Part shown: piece by piece, positions 9,039 through 17,836 of the stretch | How the letters are laid out: every line of letters starts with the position of its first letter | How positions within the stretch are numbered: the first letter of the stretch is position 1 | From: Eubacteriales bacterium | GTDB lineage: Bacteria > Bacillota > Clostridia > Oscillospirales > CAG-272 | DNA length: 64,000 bases | Direction of reading: 5' to 3' | NCBI GenBank assembly: GCA_045661325.1 | Contig: JAZRFK010000060.1 | Coordinates: 258 to 64,257, forward strand | Notes under the pieces: generated by a model | Seen by the model: only the letters and a program-made list of their open reading frames with translations | Told to the model about the DNA's origin: nothing | The model's database searches: none | Program-made: the position numbers and the translations under genes

Positions 9039-9842
9039 TCAGCGATTTTTCCACACTTTTTTCTCATTTTCAAAAAGAGGGTTGACGTTGCGCGGAACAA
9101 GGGCCAAGGAAGCGACGAGTACCTCCTTGGCGCCTCCCTGACGGCGCAGAAGCTTCGCGCATTCCGAGACGGTTGCGCCCGTCGTTACGATATCGTCTAT
9201 CAATATAACGCGCTTTCCGTCAAGCTTGCATTTTGCGTCAAGACAAAAGGCGTCCTTGACGTTTTTGATGCGTTCTGCGTAGGTCTCCATACGCTTTTGC
9301 TCCTTGGCGTGCCTCCCCGCACGGACAAGACATTTCTGAAACGCGATACCGCTTTCTGCACAAAAGGCAAGCGAAAGAAGCCTTGCATGGTCATACCCGT
9401 TTTTTCTTTCCTCGCGCGGCGTTCGCGGCACATAGGTAACAAGGTACTCCTCTGCGTTATCCATGGGAATGAGGGTTGAAAAGGTATCGGCCAGCTCTCT
9501 TCCCATAAAATGAAAGAGCGTTTCCATATTTTTATGCTTCAAGGCAAAAATGATTTGACTTTCTGCCGAGCCCTCGTGCCCAGGGAAATAACGGAAAAGC
9601 TTTATCATGCGCTTGACGCCCGACTTTTCCAACAGGTCTGAAGGGCAAGTGCAGCTATCAAGCTGTCGCCCGCAACGGCCGCAATCAAAAAGCCTTGCGC
9701 GGCGATATTCGCCAAGGCAGTCAGGACATAGCGCGCCCCGCGTCTCCAAGGGCTCGCCGCAGACCGAACAAACGGGCGGATACAGCACCTCGCGCACAGA
9801 GAAAAGGGCGCGGTGCAGTTGATAGAAAAATGGCAAACGCAT
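9039..9842 (-). CDS. comFC: ComF family protein (amidophosphoribosyltransferase-like)
   Basis: N-terminal double CxxC zinc finger (CSVCGEPL...CPDC; CGRCG). C-terminal PRTase motif RVILIDDIVTTGATV. Confidence 0.8.
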   Translation of the reverse strand: MRLPFFYQLHRALFSVREVLYPPVCSVCGEPLETRGALCPDCLGEYRRARLFDCGRCGRQLDSCTCPSDLLEKSGVKRMIKLFRYFPGHEGSAESQIIFALKHKNMETLFHFMGRELADTFSTLIPMDNAEEYLVTYVPRTPREERKNGYDHARLLSLAFCAESGIAFQKCLVRAGRHAKEQKRMETYAERIKNVKDAFCLDAKCKLDGKRVILIDDIVTTGATVSECAKLLRRQGGAKEVLVASLALVPRNVNPLFENEKKVWKNR

Positions 9843-9844
9843 AC

Positions 9845-10744
9845 TTACTCCTCAAAGCTGGGAATGAAGGACTCCGAGGCGGCGCTTCCCTCCTGCACAT
9901 AGGCGTTTTCGATGCCGAGAGACTCCGCATACGAAACGAAGGAGGCATAGCTATACGGAGAAACCTTTTGGGATAAAATAGGGTGCCCGGCGGTTTTCTT
10001 CATTGGCGTATACTGGCTCATCAGGCTATAAATAACCTGCTCACCGTAAAGCGAATAGACTGTTTTTAAGCTTCGCTTGGCCTCTATCAAATGGGAGGGC
10101 AAAAGCAAAAAGCGCACGATTGTTCCCTTTGTCAAGCCGCCATCTTCGCGGTATTGAAGACTTCCCGTCTGTCGCACCATTTCCGATAAGGCTAAAAGGG
10201 CAACCTGAGGGTAATCGGGGGCAAAGGAATATTCCTCTGCCGTGGCTGATGCGCTATACCGCATATCCGTTAAATAAATATCGACAAGGCCGTCAAGAAG
10301 GCGCAGAGAGGCCACGCTTTCGTAGCCCGATGTATTGTAAACGATGGGAAGAGAAAGCCCCTCGGCCTTGGCTTGCCGCAAAGCGAGAATAACGCTTGGC
10401 AGATAGTGCGCGGCGGTGACGAGATTGATATTGGCCGCTCCCTTTTCTTCAAGCGAGAGAAAAAGCGCGGCAAGCTCCGAAACAGAATACGCCCTTCCCG
10501 TTTCACCTTGGGAAATGGCGGCGTTCTGACAATAAAGACAGCCAAGGCTACACCCGGAAAAGAAAACGGTGCCTGATCCCTTTTCGCCCACAAGGCAGGG
10601 CTCCTCCCAGGTATGCAGCATACTGTGCGCCACATAAACCGTTGAGGAAGCGTGACAACGGCCACGTTGGCCGTTTGCGCGATTGACACCGCAGGCGCGG
10701 GGACAAAGGCGGCAGGCCTCGTAATATTTACCTATATCCGTCAT
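9845..10744 (-). CDS. radical SAM protein (PflA/PflX-like activating-enzyme family)
   Basis: CSLGCLYCQN is the CxxxCxxC radical-SAM cluster motif. An N-terminal extra Cys cluster CRLCPRACGVNR is also present. 299 aa. Confidence 0.8.
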   Translation of the reverse strand: MTDIGKYYEACRLCPRACGVNRANGQRGRCHASSTVYVAHSMLHTWEEPCLVGEKGSGTVFFSGCSLGCLYCQNAAISQGETGRAYSVSELAALFLSLEEKGAANINLVTAAHYLPSVILALRQAKAEGLSLPIVYNTSGYESVASLRLLDGLVDIYLTDMRYSASATAEEYSFAPDYPQVALLALSEMVRQTGSLQYREDGGLTKGTIVRFLLLPSHLIEAKRSLKTVYSLYGEQVIYSLMSQYTPMKKTAGHPILSQKVSPYSYASFVSYAESLGIENAYVQEGSAASESFIPSFEE

Positions 10745-10785
10745 AGACGCCTCCTCTTTTTTTCTTTATTGTAGCACAAAAAAAG

Positions 10786-10833
10786 AAAAAACGCAAACGA
10801 AGCTGAAAATTTTTGGCTTCGTTTGCGTTTTTT
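10786..10833. terminator. bidirectional terminator after the YitT-family gene
   Basis: 13-bp stem ACGCAAACGAAGC / GCTTCGTTTGCGT (10791-10803 / 10816-10828) flanked by an A-run and a T-run. Confidence 0.75.
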
Positions 10834-10837
10834 AGCA

Positions 10838-11728
10838 TCATTTCTCTTCTTGACCGTTTTTTTCTTGATGGGAAGCAAAACGGCGGGAAAAGACCGTTCC
10901 GAGTATTTGCTCGGCAGAGGCGGCAATAATAAGAGCGTTCTCGTCTGCCTTTTTGACGATTTCCTTTAAATGATAAAGCTCTCTTCTTTTGACGGCGCAG
11001 AGCAAGAGCCCCTCGTTTCCCTCGCCCTTCCCCTTCAATATGAGAATACCGCGCCCCAAGCCCTCCTTGACGGCGGCGGTGACGCTCTCTTCCGACCTTG
11101 ACAGGATAAAGGCGAGCTTACCTCTTTCCACACCGCCGACCACCAAATCAAGCACAACGGCAAAGGAAATGCTGACAACGATGGAATAAAACAAAACGTC
11201 AATTTTCCCCATTATCAAGGCGGCCCCCGATATAATGGCCGTATCAATCAATAAGACCCAATTTCCCACCGTTAAAAGCGGAACGATACCGTGCAAGAGG
11301 GTTGCCGCTAACTCGCTTCCCCCTGTTGTGTATCCACGGGCAAGCAGAAGGCCGATGCCGAAGCCCGATATAACGCCGCCGATGGCGGCAGAGAAAAACG
11401 GACTGGTTTCTATCATCGGCAGAAAGGAAAAGGCGTCCAAAAATAAAGAGGTAAACAAAATACCCGGAAGGGCAAACATAACGGAGCGAAAGCCGTTTTT
11501 CAAAATGCTCCATATCAAAAGGGGGAGGTTCACCAGTATAACCCCAAGCCCCACGGGAAAGCCGAAGAGAATATGTGCAACGGTGGCAATGCCCGTCGCG
11601 CCGCCGATGATGACATCTGCCGGTGCCATAAAGAGCTGATAGCCCAAGGCATACACGGCGCTTCCCACCAACAGATACGCGATGCTTTTCAAGGTTTCTC
11701 TGCTTTTAGATTCCTGCACGAGTGACAC
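10838..11728 (-). CDS. YitT family membrane protein (DUF2179 C-terminal domain)
   Basis: 296 aa. The N-terminus is typical of the family (AYLLVGSAVYALGYQLFMAPADVIIGGATGIA), with multiple TM helices and a soluble C-terminal domain. Confidence 0.75.
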   Translation of the reverse strand: MSLVQESKSRETLKSIAYLLVGSAVYALGYQLFMAPADVIIGGATGIATVAHILFGFPVGLGVILVNLPLLIWSILKNGFRSVMFALPGILFTSLFLDAFSFLPMIETSPFFSAAIGGVISGFGIGLLLARGYTTGGSELAATLLHGIVPLLTVGNWVLLIDTAIISGAALIMGKIDVLFYSIVVSISFAVVLDLVVGGVERGKLAFILSRSEESVTAAVKEGLGRGILILKGKGEGNEGLLLCAVKRRELYHLKEIVKKADENALIIAASAEQILGTVFSRRFASHQEKNGQEEK

Positions 11729-11732
11729 GTCC

Positions 11733-12338
11733 TTATCGCTTTGTTTTTTGGTATCTTTTTTCGATTTCTACCCAATTTATTATGCGAAAAAAACCGTACA
11801 CGTATGCATCTCTTCGCTCTCTGTATCGCAAAAAATAGGCGTGCTCCCACAAATCTATGCAAAGAATGGGGTGCTCGGAAGGTGGGGGCGGCTGATGGTT
11901 TTCCAAAAAGCGCAGATGTATTCCCCGCCGCCCCTTTATTACCCAAAGAAAGCCAACCCGATTGATTTGAAGCACGGCATTCTTGATAGCAGAAAAGAAG
12001 CCCTCGACACCGCCGTAATCCCTTTGCAGAGCCAAAAGCAAGTCGCCCTTCGGCATACGAAGGCCGCTTGGGGCAGGCGGTGCGATGCCGTTAAAGTAAA
12101 AACGATGGCAATCGTATATACGGCCGTTTTCGTTTCGGGGCGCTGCAAAGGAAAAGGGCATTTCCTCCTCGGCAAGCAAAAACGGGCGCAGCCTTTCTTC
12201 TCGATACAAGCTTTTTGCCACGCCGCCGTATATTCCCAAATGATGTGTTTCAAGCGTTAGTCTGTCAATGACGGGCTCAAAGGCGCCATAGGGCGCTGTG
12301 AGCGGCTTTACACGGTAATTTTCTTCCCACGCAGACAT
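11733..12338 (-). CDS. Fe/Mn superoxide dismutase family protein, divergent
   Basis: The C-terminal signature DLWEHAYFLRY matches D.WEHAYY. The N-terminal PYGAFEPVID...ETHH matches PY.ALEP.I....HH. The second His pair and the gateway Tyr are not conserved. Confidence 0.6.
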   Translation of the reverse strand: MSAWEENYRVKPLTAPYGAFEPVIDRLTLETHHLGIYGGVAKSLYREERLRPFLLAEEEMPFSFAAPRNENGRIYDCHRFYFNGIAPPAPSGLRMPKGDLLLALQRDYGGVEGFFSAIKNAVLQINRVGFLWVIKGRRGIHLRFLENHQPPPPSEHPILCIDLWEHAYFLRYRERRDAYVYGFFRIINWVEIEKRYQKTKR

Positions 12339-12500
12339 ATCCTTCTCCGTTCTTCTTTATTTTCTCTACATTCTATGCAGAAAGGAGGAGAAAAAGGCAA
12401 GAGAGGAATATATTTTTTTAGCCGTAAGGAACCGCACATATAAGGCTTGATAAAATGTGCTTGATTCTCTTACGGCTATTGCTTTGTGTATTTTCGTATA

Positions 12501-13391
12501 TTAAAGTAAATCCTTTTCGGTAAAGGAATAGGCACGGTTACAGAACTGGCAAACGGCCTCAAGACTTCTGGCCTTACCCTCCTTTTCCTGCTCGTCGAGC
12601 ATTTCCAACAGCTCCTTTTTGCCAAGCTTTTTCATATTGGCCTTCATTCTGGCACGACTGCAGGAGCAAACGTAGTCTACGGTGATTTCATCAAATTCGT
12701 CAAAGGGTATGCCGCGCGTGGCAATTTGTGCAACCTCCTTGGGCGTCATTCCCTTATAGAAGCACTCGGAAACGCGGGTCAAATCCGCGGCGTTTCTTTC
12801 CAGAAGCTCCACGGTTCCCTCGTCTGCGAAGGGCAAAAGCTGCACCACGACACCGCCTGCCGCCAGGCATACGTTTTTGCCGTTTTCCTCACCCATCAGA
12901 ACGCCGAGGGCGCAAAGGGTGGGAATTTGCTCACTTTCCGCATAGTAGGCGGCGATATCCTCCGCGATTTCTCCCGTTTTCAGCTCAATGGTGCCAATAT
13001 GCGGCTGGGGGCTTACGCCATCGTCTCTGATGACGTAAAGCGTGCCGTTTCCGACGGCGGCGCCAACGTCCAGCTTTCCGTTCGGCTTGCGCGCAACGTC
13101 TGCCTCGGGATTTTGCACATAGCCCTTGACGTTTCCGTAATAATCGCCAACAGCCAAAAGCTTACCGAGCACACCGTCTCCGTGTATACCCACGGTTAAG
13201 GTTTCGTTCTTCTCGCCCATCATACAGCTGAAAAGCGAGGTTGCCGTCAGCAGTCGGCCCAAAGCAGCAGCGGCAGTGCGAGAGGGGGCATGATAGCCCA
13301 TCATCTGATTAACAATGGCGGTCGAATCCGTAACTAAAACGCGGGCAGATCCATCGTGCGTCATACCGCGGTAAATGGTTGATTTTTTCAT
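12501..13391 (-). CDS. hslO: Hsp33 family redox-regulated chaperone
   Basis: 296 aa. The C-terminal zinc centre CSCS...(28 aa)...CQFCN is the classic Hsp33 CxC / CxxC switch. The N-terminal domain is collinear with HslO. Confidence 0.9.
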   Translation of the reverse strand: MKKSTIYRGMTHDGSARVLVTDSTAIVNQMMGYHAPSRTAAAALGRLLTATSLFSCMMGEKNETLTVGIHGDGVLGKLLAVGDYYGNVKGYVQNPEADVARKPNGKLDVGAAVGNGTLYVIRDDGVSPQPHIGTIELKTGEIAEDIAAYYAESEQIPTLCALGVLMGEENGKNVCLAAGGVVVQLLPFADEGTVELLERNAADLTRVSECFYKGMTPKEVAQIATRGIPFDEFDEITVDYVCSCSRARMKANMKKLGKKELLEMLDEQEKEGKARSLEAVCQFCNRAYSFTEKDLL

Positions 13392-13414
13392 TTTTTCGTC
13401 TCTTTCTTTACTTT

Positions 13415-14179
13415 TTATTCCTTGATGGCTTGCGCCGTTATAACCAAGCGCAGACTGTCCTCGCGCATCGGGGCATCGCTATATCCGTCCGTGACGGACA
13501 CAAGACGGAAGCCGACCTCCCTTAACCAAGCCTCTATTTCCGCAACGGAGTAGGCACGCTCTGCGGCATAAGTATCGTATCGCAGATAGCCCTTGCCGTT
13601 TTTCTCAAAAACGGTTACGAAGAAATCGCAAAGGCCGCTTTTTTCATCGTACCTATTCTGCCAGGCACAGAAGGCGTTTTTATTCTCCAAAATATAGGCG
13701 TTTTCTCCGTAAACGGCAGAAAACTTATAGGGAGAATTGATGTCGAAAACGAAAATACCGTTCGGCTCCAAGAAAGTGTGAACGAGGCGAAAGGTGGTCA
13801 AAACCTCCCCGGCTTCAGTCAAATGATTGACGGTATCAAGAGAGGAAACGGCGCCCTTGACCGTTCCGTATAAATCAAGCTCCGTTGCATCCTGGCAAAG
13901 CCAGAGGATTTTTTCGGCATCCTTTTGGCTTCTTGCCTCCGAAAGCATTTCCTGCGAGGCATCCACCCCTATCATATCAAAGCCGAGGTGAAAAAGCGGC
14001 AGGGTTAAATTGCCGCTTCCGCAGCCCAGGTCCAAGAGGGCGTCCCCTTGGCCGATGCCATATTGCGAAAGGATTTTTTTAATATGCTCCGCCATTTCGA
14101 AATACGGCACGTCCTTATTCAAGGCGGCGTAAAAGGGAGCAATTTTGTCGTATAAATTTTCTGTCACTTTTTTCTCCAT
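13415..14179 (-). CDS. class I SAM-dependent methyltransferase (small-molecule type)
   Basis: Motif I LLDLGCGSGNLTL. 254 aa. No DPPY/NPPY or PC-type DNA-methyltransferase motifs. Confidence 0.8.
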   Translation of the reverse strand: MEKKVTENLYDKIAPFYAALNKDVPYFEMAEHIKKILSQYGIGQGDALLDLGCGSGNLTLPLFHLGFDMIGVDASQEMLSEARSQKDAEKILWLCQDATELDLYGTVKGAVSSLDTVNHLTEAGEVLTTFRLVHTFLEPNGIFVFDINSPYKFSAVYGENAYILENKNAFCAWQNRYDEKSGLCDFFVTVFEKNGKGYLRYDTYAAERAYSVAEIEAWLREVGFRLVSVTDGYSDAPMREDSLRLVITAQAIKE

Positions 14180-14197
14180 TCTGCCACTTTCGGCGCA

Positions 14198-16459
14198 TCA
14201 GCTTGGCTTTTTTGCGCTTCCCTTTTCTATATAGGGCGCGCCGCCGCACTCGGCCACAAAGGAGACGATTTCCTCTGCCGAGAGCCTATCCGCAACGAAG
14301 GATTTTTTTAAGAGGGCGGTTGGGATATAGGCGTCATATTTATCGTATATCGGACGCTCTGCATCAGAAACGAGAGAGGAAAGCTCTATTCCCTCCGCTT
14401 TGATTTTTTCGCAAAGCGTTTTTATGAGAGTATCCATTTTGCCGTAATCCACGTGAAAGGAAATATAGCAGCACCCCTGATGCTCAATATGACTGATGCC
14501 GAGGGCTGCGGCGTTTGCCGAGAGATAGCGGCGCAGGGTTTGGAAGGGTCGCGTGCCAAGCCAAGGGAAAAGGACGGCGGTGGTTTGGCTTAACGGGATA
14601 AGAACGGACTCGCCAAGCCCCATGCGGCGCGCAAGCGCGCGCGCCGTGCGAAGACGGGCAAGTGCGTTTGGCGCAAGGTAGGGATATTCCACATCCTCTA
14701 AAAGCACGCGGAGCATCCGCTGCAAAACGCGGGTATGAATTTCACCGCTTCCGCCAGGCCAGGAGACCGCCATTTTGCCCTCCACCGCCTTAACGAAGAG
14801 AAGCCGCTTGGCAACGTCTGCCTCCACAACCTCCCAAACGCGTCCTGCCAGGGCAAAGCGCTCGCCCGGTGGAACGGGATTGGCGATGGTGCCGATTTCG
14901 CCCGAGGCGGCGCGCACGGCATACTCATCGGGCTCTTGAAAGACGGCGTAAAAGCGGAAATTGCCCACGAGCCTTTCTCCCGAAAGACCAACGATGAGGC
15001 CGCCCTCGTCCATCAGCTCCAAATAGCCGCCATTTACCATGGAGATAAGCAGCTCACGGTAGGTTTCCTTATCAATAGAGGAAAGAGGAGGCAAGGACAA
15101 GACACGCTCTGCCAGCTCCTTGGGGGAAAGCTCGCCCGAGGAGGCCAAAATACTGAGGGTTTGGTGGAAAGCCAAGGAAAGCGGTAATTGCTTTGGCCTT
15201 GGCATTTCAATAAAGCGCTCCTCGCTATACAGCTGCACGAGTGCAATTCCGCGCAAAAGCTCCCAAGGCAAAAGCTCGGGAAGGGTTGCGTTAGAGGGGG
15301 GCGCATCCTCACGAAAGACCATCAGCATTTCGGGAGGCTGACTGCGCCTGCCCGAACGGCCGAGGCGCTGCAAAAATGCGGAGACGGAATGGGGAGAGTT
15401 AAGCTGCACAACGCGCGAAAGCTTGCCAATATCAATGCCAAGCTCCATACTGACCGTGGCACAGGTAACGATATTTTCCTCATCCATCTTCATCCTCTGT
15501 TCTGCATCGTTACGGATGGCCGCAGAAAGATTGCCGTGATGGATATAAAAATTGTCTCTTTCGCCGCGCATATGGGCAATTTGCCTCATAGACGCGGTGA
15601 CAAGCTCCGTTTCCTCTCGGGAATTGGAAAAGACGAGACATTTTTGCCCCTTTACCGCCTCATAAATATAGGCAAAGGCCTCATCCGTTGTCGAGGGAGC
15701 TTGGGAAAGGGGGATATGCTCTTCCTTTTCCTTCGCCGCGCTTTGCGCGTAAAAATGCGAAAAGCCAAGTCGCCAGGTGAGCTTTCCCTTTTGGATATCG
15801 GGACAAACGGTGGCGCGGCCGCTACCGCTTCCGAGCCAGGCAGTTGCCGCCAAAACATCGCCAATGGTGGCAGAAAGACCGATACGGCGCGGAAAAACTC
15901 CCGTCAAGCGCGAAAGCCGCGAAAGCAGGCAAAGCACCTGCCCGCCTCTATCGCTGCTCGGCAGGGTATGCACCTCGTCCAGCACCACGTAGCGAAGATG
16001 GGAAAAGAGCCTTATCAGCTCGTGGGAGCGATGGATAAAAAGACTTTCGAGGGATTCGGGCGTGATTTGCAAGACGCCGCTTGGGTGCGATAGGAGCTTT
16101 TGCTTTTGCGAGGCAGGCACATCCCCATGCCAACGGTAAAGCGGAATATGGGAGGGCTCAAGCAGCTCGGTTAAACGAATATACTGGTCATTGATAAGGC
16201 TTTTCAGGGGCGCGATATATAAAACCTCCACCCCTTCCTCTCTGCTTGGCCTTTCATAAAGCTCCGTAAGGATTGGAAAAAAGACCGCCTCGGTTTTTCC
16301 CGATGCCGTGGGCGAGGCAAGAAGCAGGTTCTCGTCACCGTCAAAAATGACTCTGCCGGCCTCTAACTGTACGGCGTTCAGCTCCTGCCATCCGTGCGTA
16401 TAGATAAACTCACGGATAAAGGGAGCATAACGCGAAAAAAGAGTGCTTGCATCCCACAT
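14198..16459 (-). CDS. Lhr-like DEAD/DEAH-box (SF2) helicase; third gene of the TerB/ATPase/helicase triad (Shango SngC-like, from memory)
   Basis: Motif I ASPTASGKTEA, motif II VVLDEVH, motif VI QRLGRSGRR, and a long C-terminal winged-helix/DEAD-associated-like region. 753 aa. Confidence 0.8.
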   Translation of the reverse strand: MWDASTLFSRYAPFIREFIYTHGWQELNAVQLEAGRVIFDGDENLLLASPTASGKTEAVFFPILTELYERPSREEGVEVLYIAPLKSLINDQYIRLTELLEPSHIPLYRWHGDVPASQKQKLLSHPSGVLQITPESLESLFIHRSHELIRLFSHLRYVVLDEVHTLPSSDRGGQVLCLLSRLSRLTGVFPRRIGLSATIGDVLAATAWLGSGSGRATVCPDIQKGKLTWRLGFSHFYAQSAAKEKEEHIPLSQAPSTTDEAFAYIYEAVKGQKCLVFSNSREETELVTASMRQIAHMRGERDNFYIHHGNLSAAIRNDAEQRMKMDEENIVTCATVSMELGIDIGKLSRVVQLNSPHSVSAFLQRLGRSGRRSQPPEMLMVFREDAPPSNATLPELLPWELLRGIALVQLYSEERFIEMPRPKQLPLSLAFHQTLSILASSGELSPKELAERVLSLPPLSSIDKETYRELLISMVNGGYLELMDEGGLIVGLSGERLVGNFRFYAVFQEPDEYAVRAASGEIGTIANPVPPGERFALAGRVWEVVEADVAKRLLFVKAVEGKMAVSWPGGSGEIHTRVLQRMLRVLLEDVEYPYLAPNALARLRTARALARRMGLGESVLIPLSQTTAVLFPWLGTRPFQTLRRYLSANAAALGISHIEHQGCCYISFHVDYGKMDTLIKTLCEKIKAEGIELSSLVSDAERPIYDKYDAYIPTALLKKSFVADRLSAEEIVSFVAECGGAPYIEKGSAKKPS

Positions 16460-16495
16460 AGTCTTCTCCTTTCCGTTTTTTTGAAAAATTCCGAT

Positions 16496-17836
16496 TTAGA
16501 TAACGATGTCCTGTATACGAATGGTTCCGCCCGTTTCGCTCTTGGGAGCACCCGCCGAGGAGGCGCCAACGGCGCTCTCCAAAAGACGCGCGAAGGTGGC
16601 CTCCTTATTGGCGTGTAATATCGAGAGAATAGCCAAATAGTCGCGAATCATTTCACGCGGGGTTAAAAGCTCGGCACTTCCTGCGCGCTTGAGGGCAACA
16701 GAGAGAAACTGCTTTTGCTCCTCCTCTGTGATAGGAAGGGGGGCTTCCGTTTTTTGTGCAAAAACCTTGCCCACGCGGGAAAGCAGAGCATATAGCTCGT
16801 TTTCCGATAAAGAGCGCAGGCGCAAAACAGGGGCGGCATAATTGACAAACTCGCCCATTGCAAAGCGACTGTCAGCCAAGCGACTGCGTAAAGCCTCATA
16901 GCTGTAAAGCCCTCTTTGCGTATCCTCCAAGAACTGCGGCGTTCCGCCGAAGAAGATGGCAAGGCCCTCAACTCTTCCCTGCAAGGCATCGTTAAAGATG
17001 GTCAACAGCTTTTCATAATTGGCCTCACGGGAAATACGGTTGACGATTTTATAAAGCACGATACATTCATCAATATAGAGAATGAGGCCCGCATAGCCGA
17101 TAAAACGGGAAAAGGCGGCCCAGAGCTTGATAAAATCGTACCAGTTTTCGTCCGTAATAATGGTGGTTATCGGAAAGCCAAGGGCGGCCTTGGCTTCGGT
17201 TTTGGTGGAAAACTCGCCGCGAAGCCAGCGCAGGCAAGCCGTTTTTCTCTCTTCGTTTTCCTCCACCGTGGCCAAAAAATATTCAGACAGGACACGAGAA
17301 AAATCAAAGCCGCCGACTTCATTTTCAAACTGCTCGATTTGGGAAAAGATTTTCCTTCTGACAAGGGCGGCAAAGTCCTCCGATTCGGGCAAAACACCCT
17401 GCTCGGCCAAGGAAGAGGCCACGCTGTTATAATAGCGGGAAAGAACCAGCGGCAACGCATTTCCTTCGGGAGACGCCTTGGACGCCAGGTTATGCATCAG
17501 CTCACGGTAGGTAGCCACGCCGCCGCCCTTACCGCCGCAAAGCCTTCTTTGGTCGGCAGACAGATCAACGTCGGCACACAAAAAGCCTCTTTCCAAGGCA
17601 TAGCCTCGGACAAGCTGCATCAAAAAGGTTTTACCGCTTCCGTACCGCCCAATCAGAAAGCGAACGGCCGCACCGCCCTCCTTCACGTTTTGCAGGGAGT
17701 CCAAAAGCGCGGCAATTTCCTCCGTTCTGCCAATGGCGATATAGGGAGCACCGACACGCGGCACAACACCCGCAGAAAGAGCGGAAACCAAATTATTTAA
17801 GATGCGTTTGGGGATTTTTACTTCTGCTTCACTCAT
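16496..17836 (-). CDS. DUF2791 / BrxD-like P-loop ATPase (Shango SngB-like, from memory)
   Basis: Walker A GRYGSGKTF and Walker B LILYIDEC. 446 aa. Its start overlaps the stop of the upstream TerB gene by 8 nt. Confidence 0.75.
   Translation of the reverse strand: MSEAEVKIPKRILNNLVSALSAGVVPRVGAPYIAIGRTEEIAALLDSLQNVKEGGAAVRFLIGRYGSGKTFLMQLVRGYALERGFLCADVDLSADQRRLCGGKGGGVATYRELMHNLASKASPEGNALPLVLSRYYNSVASSLAEQGVLPESEDFAALVRRKIFSQIEQFENEVGGFDFSRVLSEYFLATVEENEERKTACLRWLRGEFSTKTEAKAALGFPITTIITDENWYDFIKLWAAFSRFIGYAGLILYIDECIVLYKIVNRISREANYEKLLTIFNDALQGRVEGLAIFFGGTPQFLEDTQRGLYSYEALRSRLADSRFAMGEFVNYAAPVLRLRSLSENELYALLSRVGKVFAQKTEAPLPITEEEQKQFLSVALKRAGSAELLTPREMIRDYLAILSILHANKEATFARLLESAVGASSAGAPKSETGGTIRIQDIVI

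Noticed and set aside
12415-12480. Long hairpin AGCCGTAAGG...CTTACGGCT between hslO and the SOD-like gene as a terminator.
   Set aside because: On the relevant minus strand the hairpin is followed by an A-run, not a U-run. On the plus strand no gene reads into it. It is not a canonical terminator, and I have no other explanation.
13415-14179. The methyltransferase could be a DNA-modification component of the adjacent helicase/ATPase/TerB system.
   Set aside because: It has only the generic class I SAM motif (LDLGCGSG). It lacks DPPY/NPPY or cytosine-C5 motifs and any target-recognition domain. It looks like a small-molecule methyltransferase. Its adjacency is noted in the findings, but it is not called part of the system.
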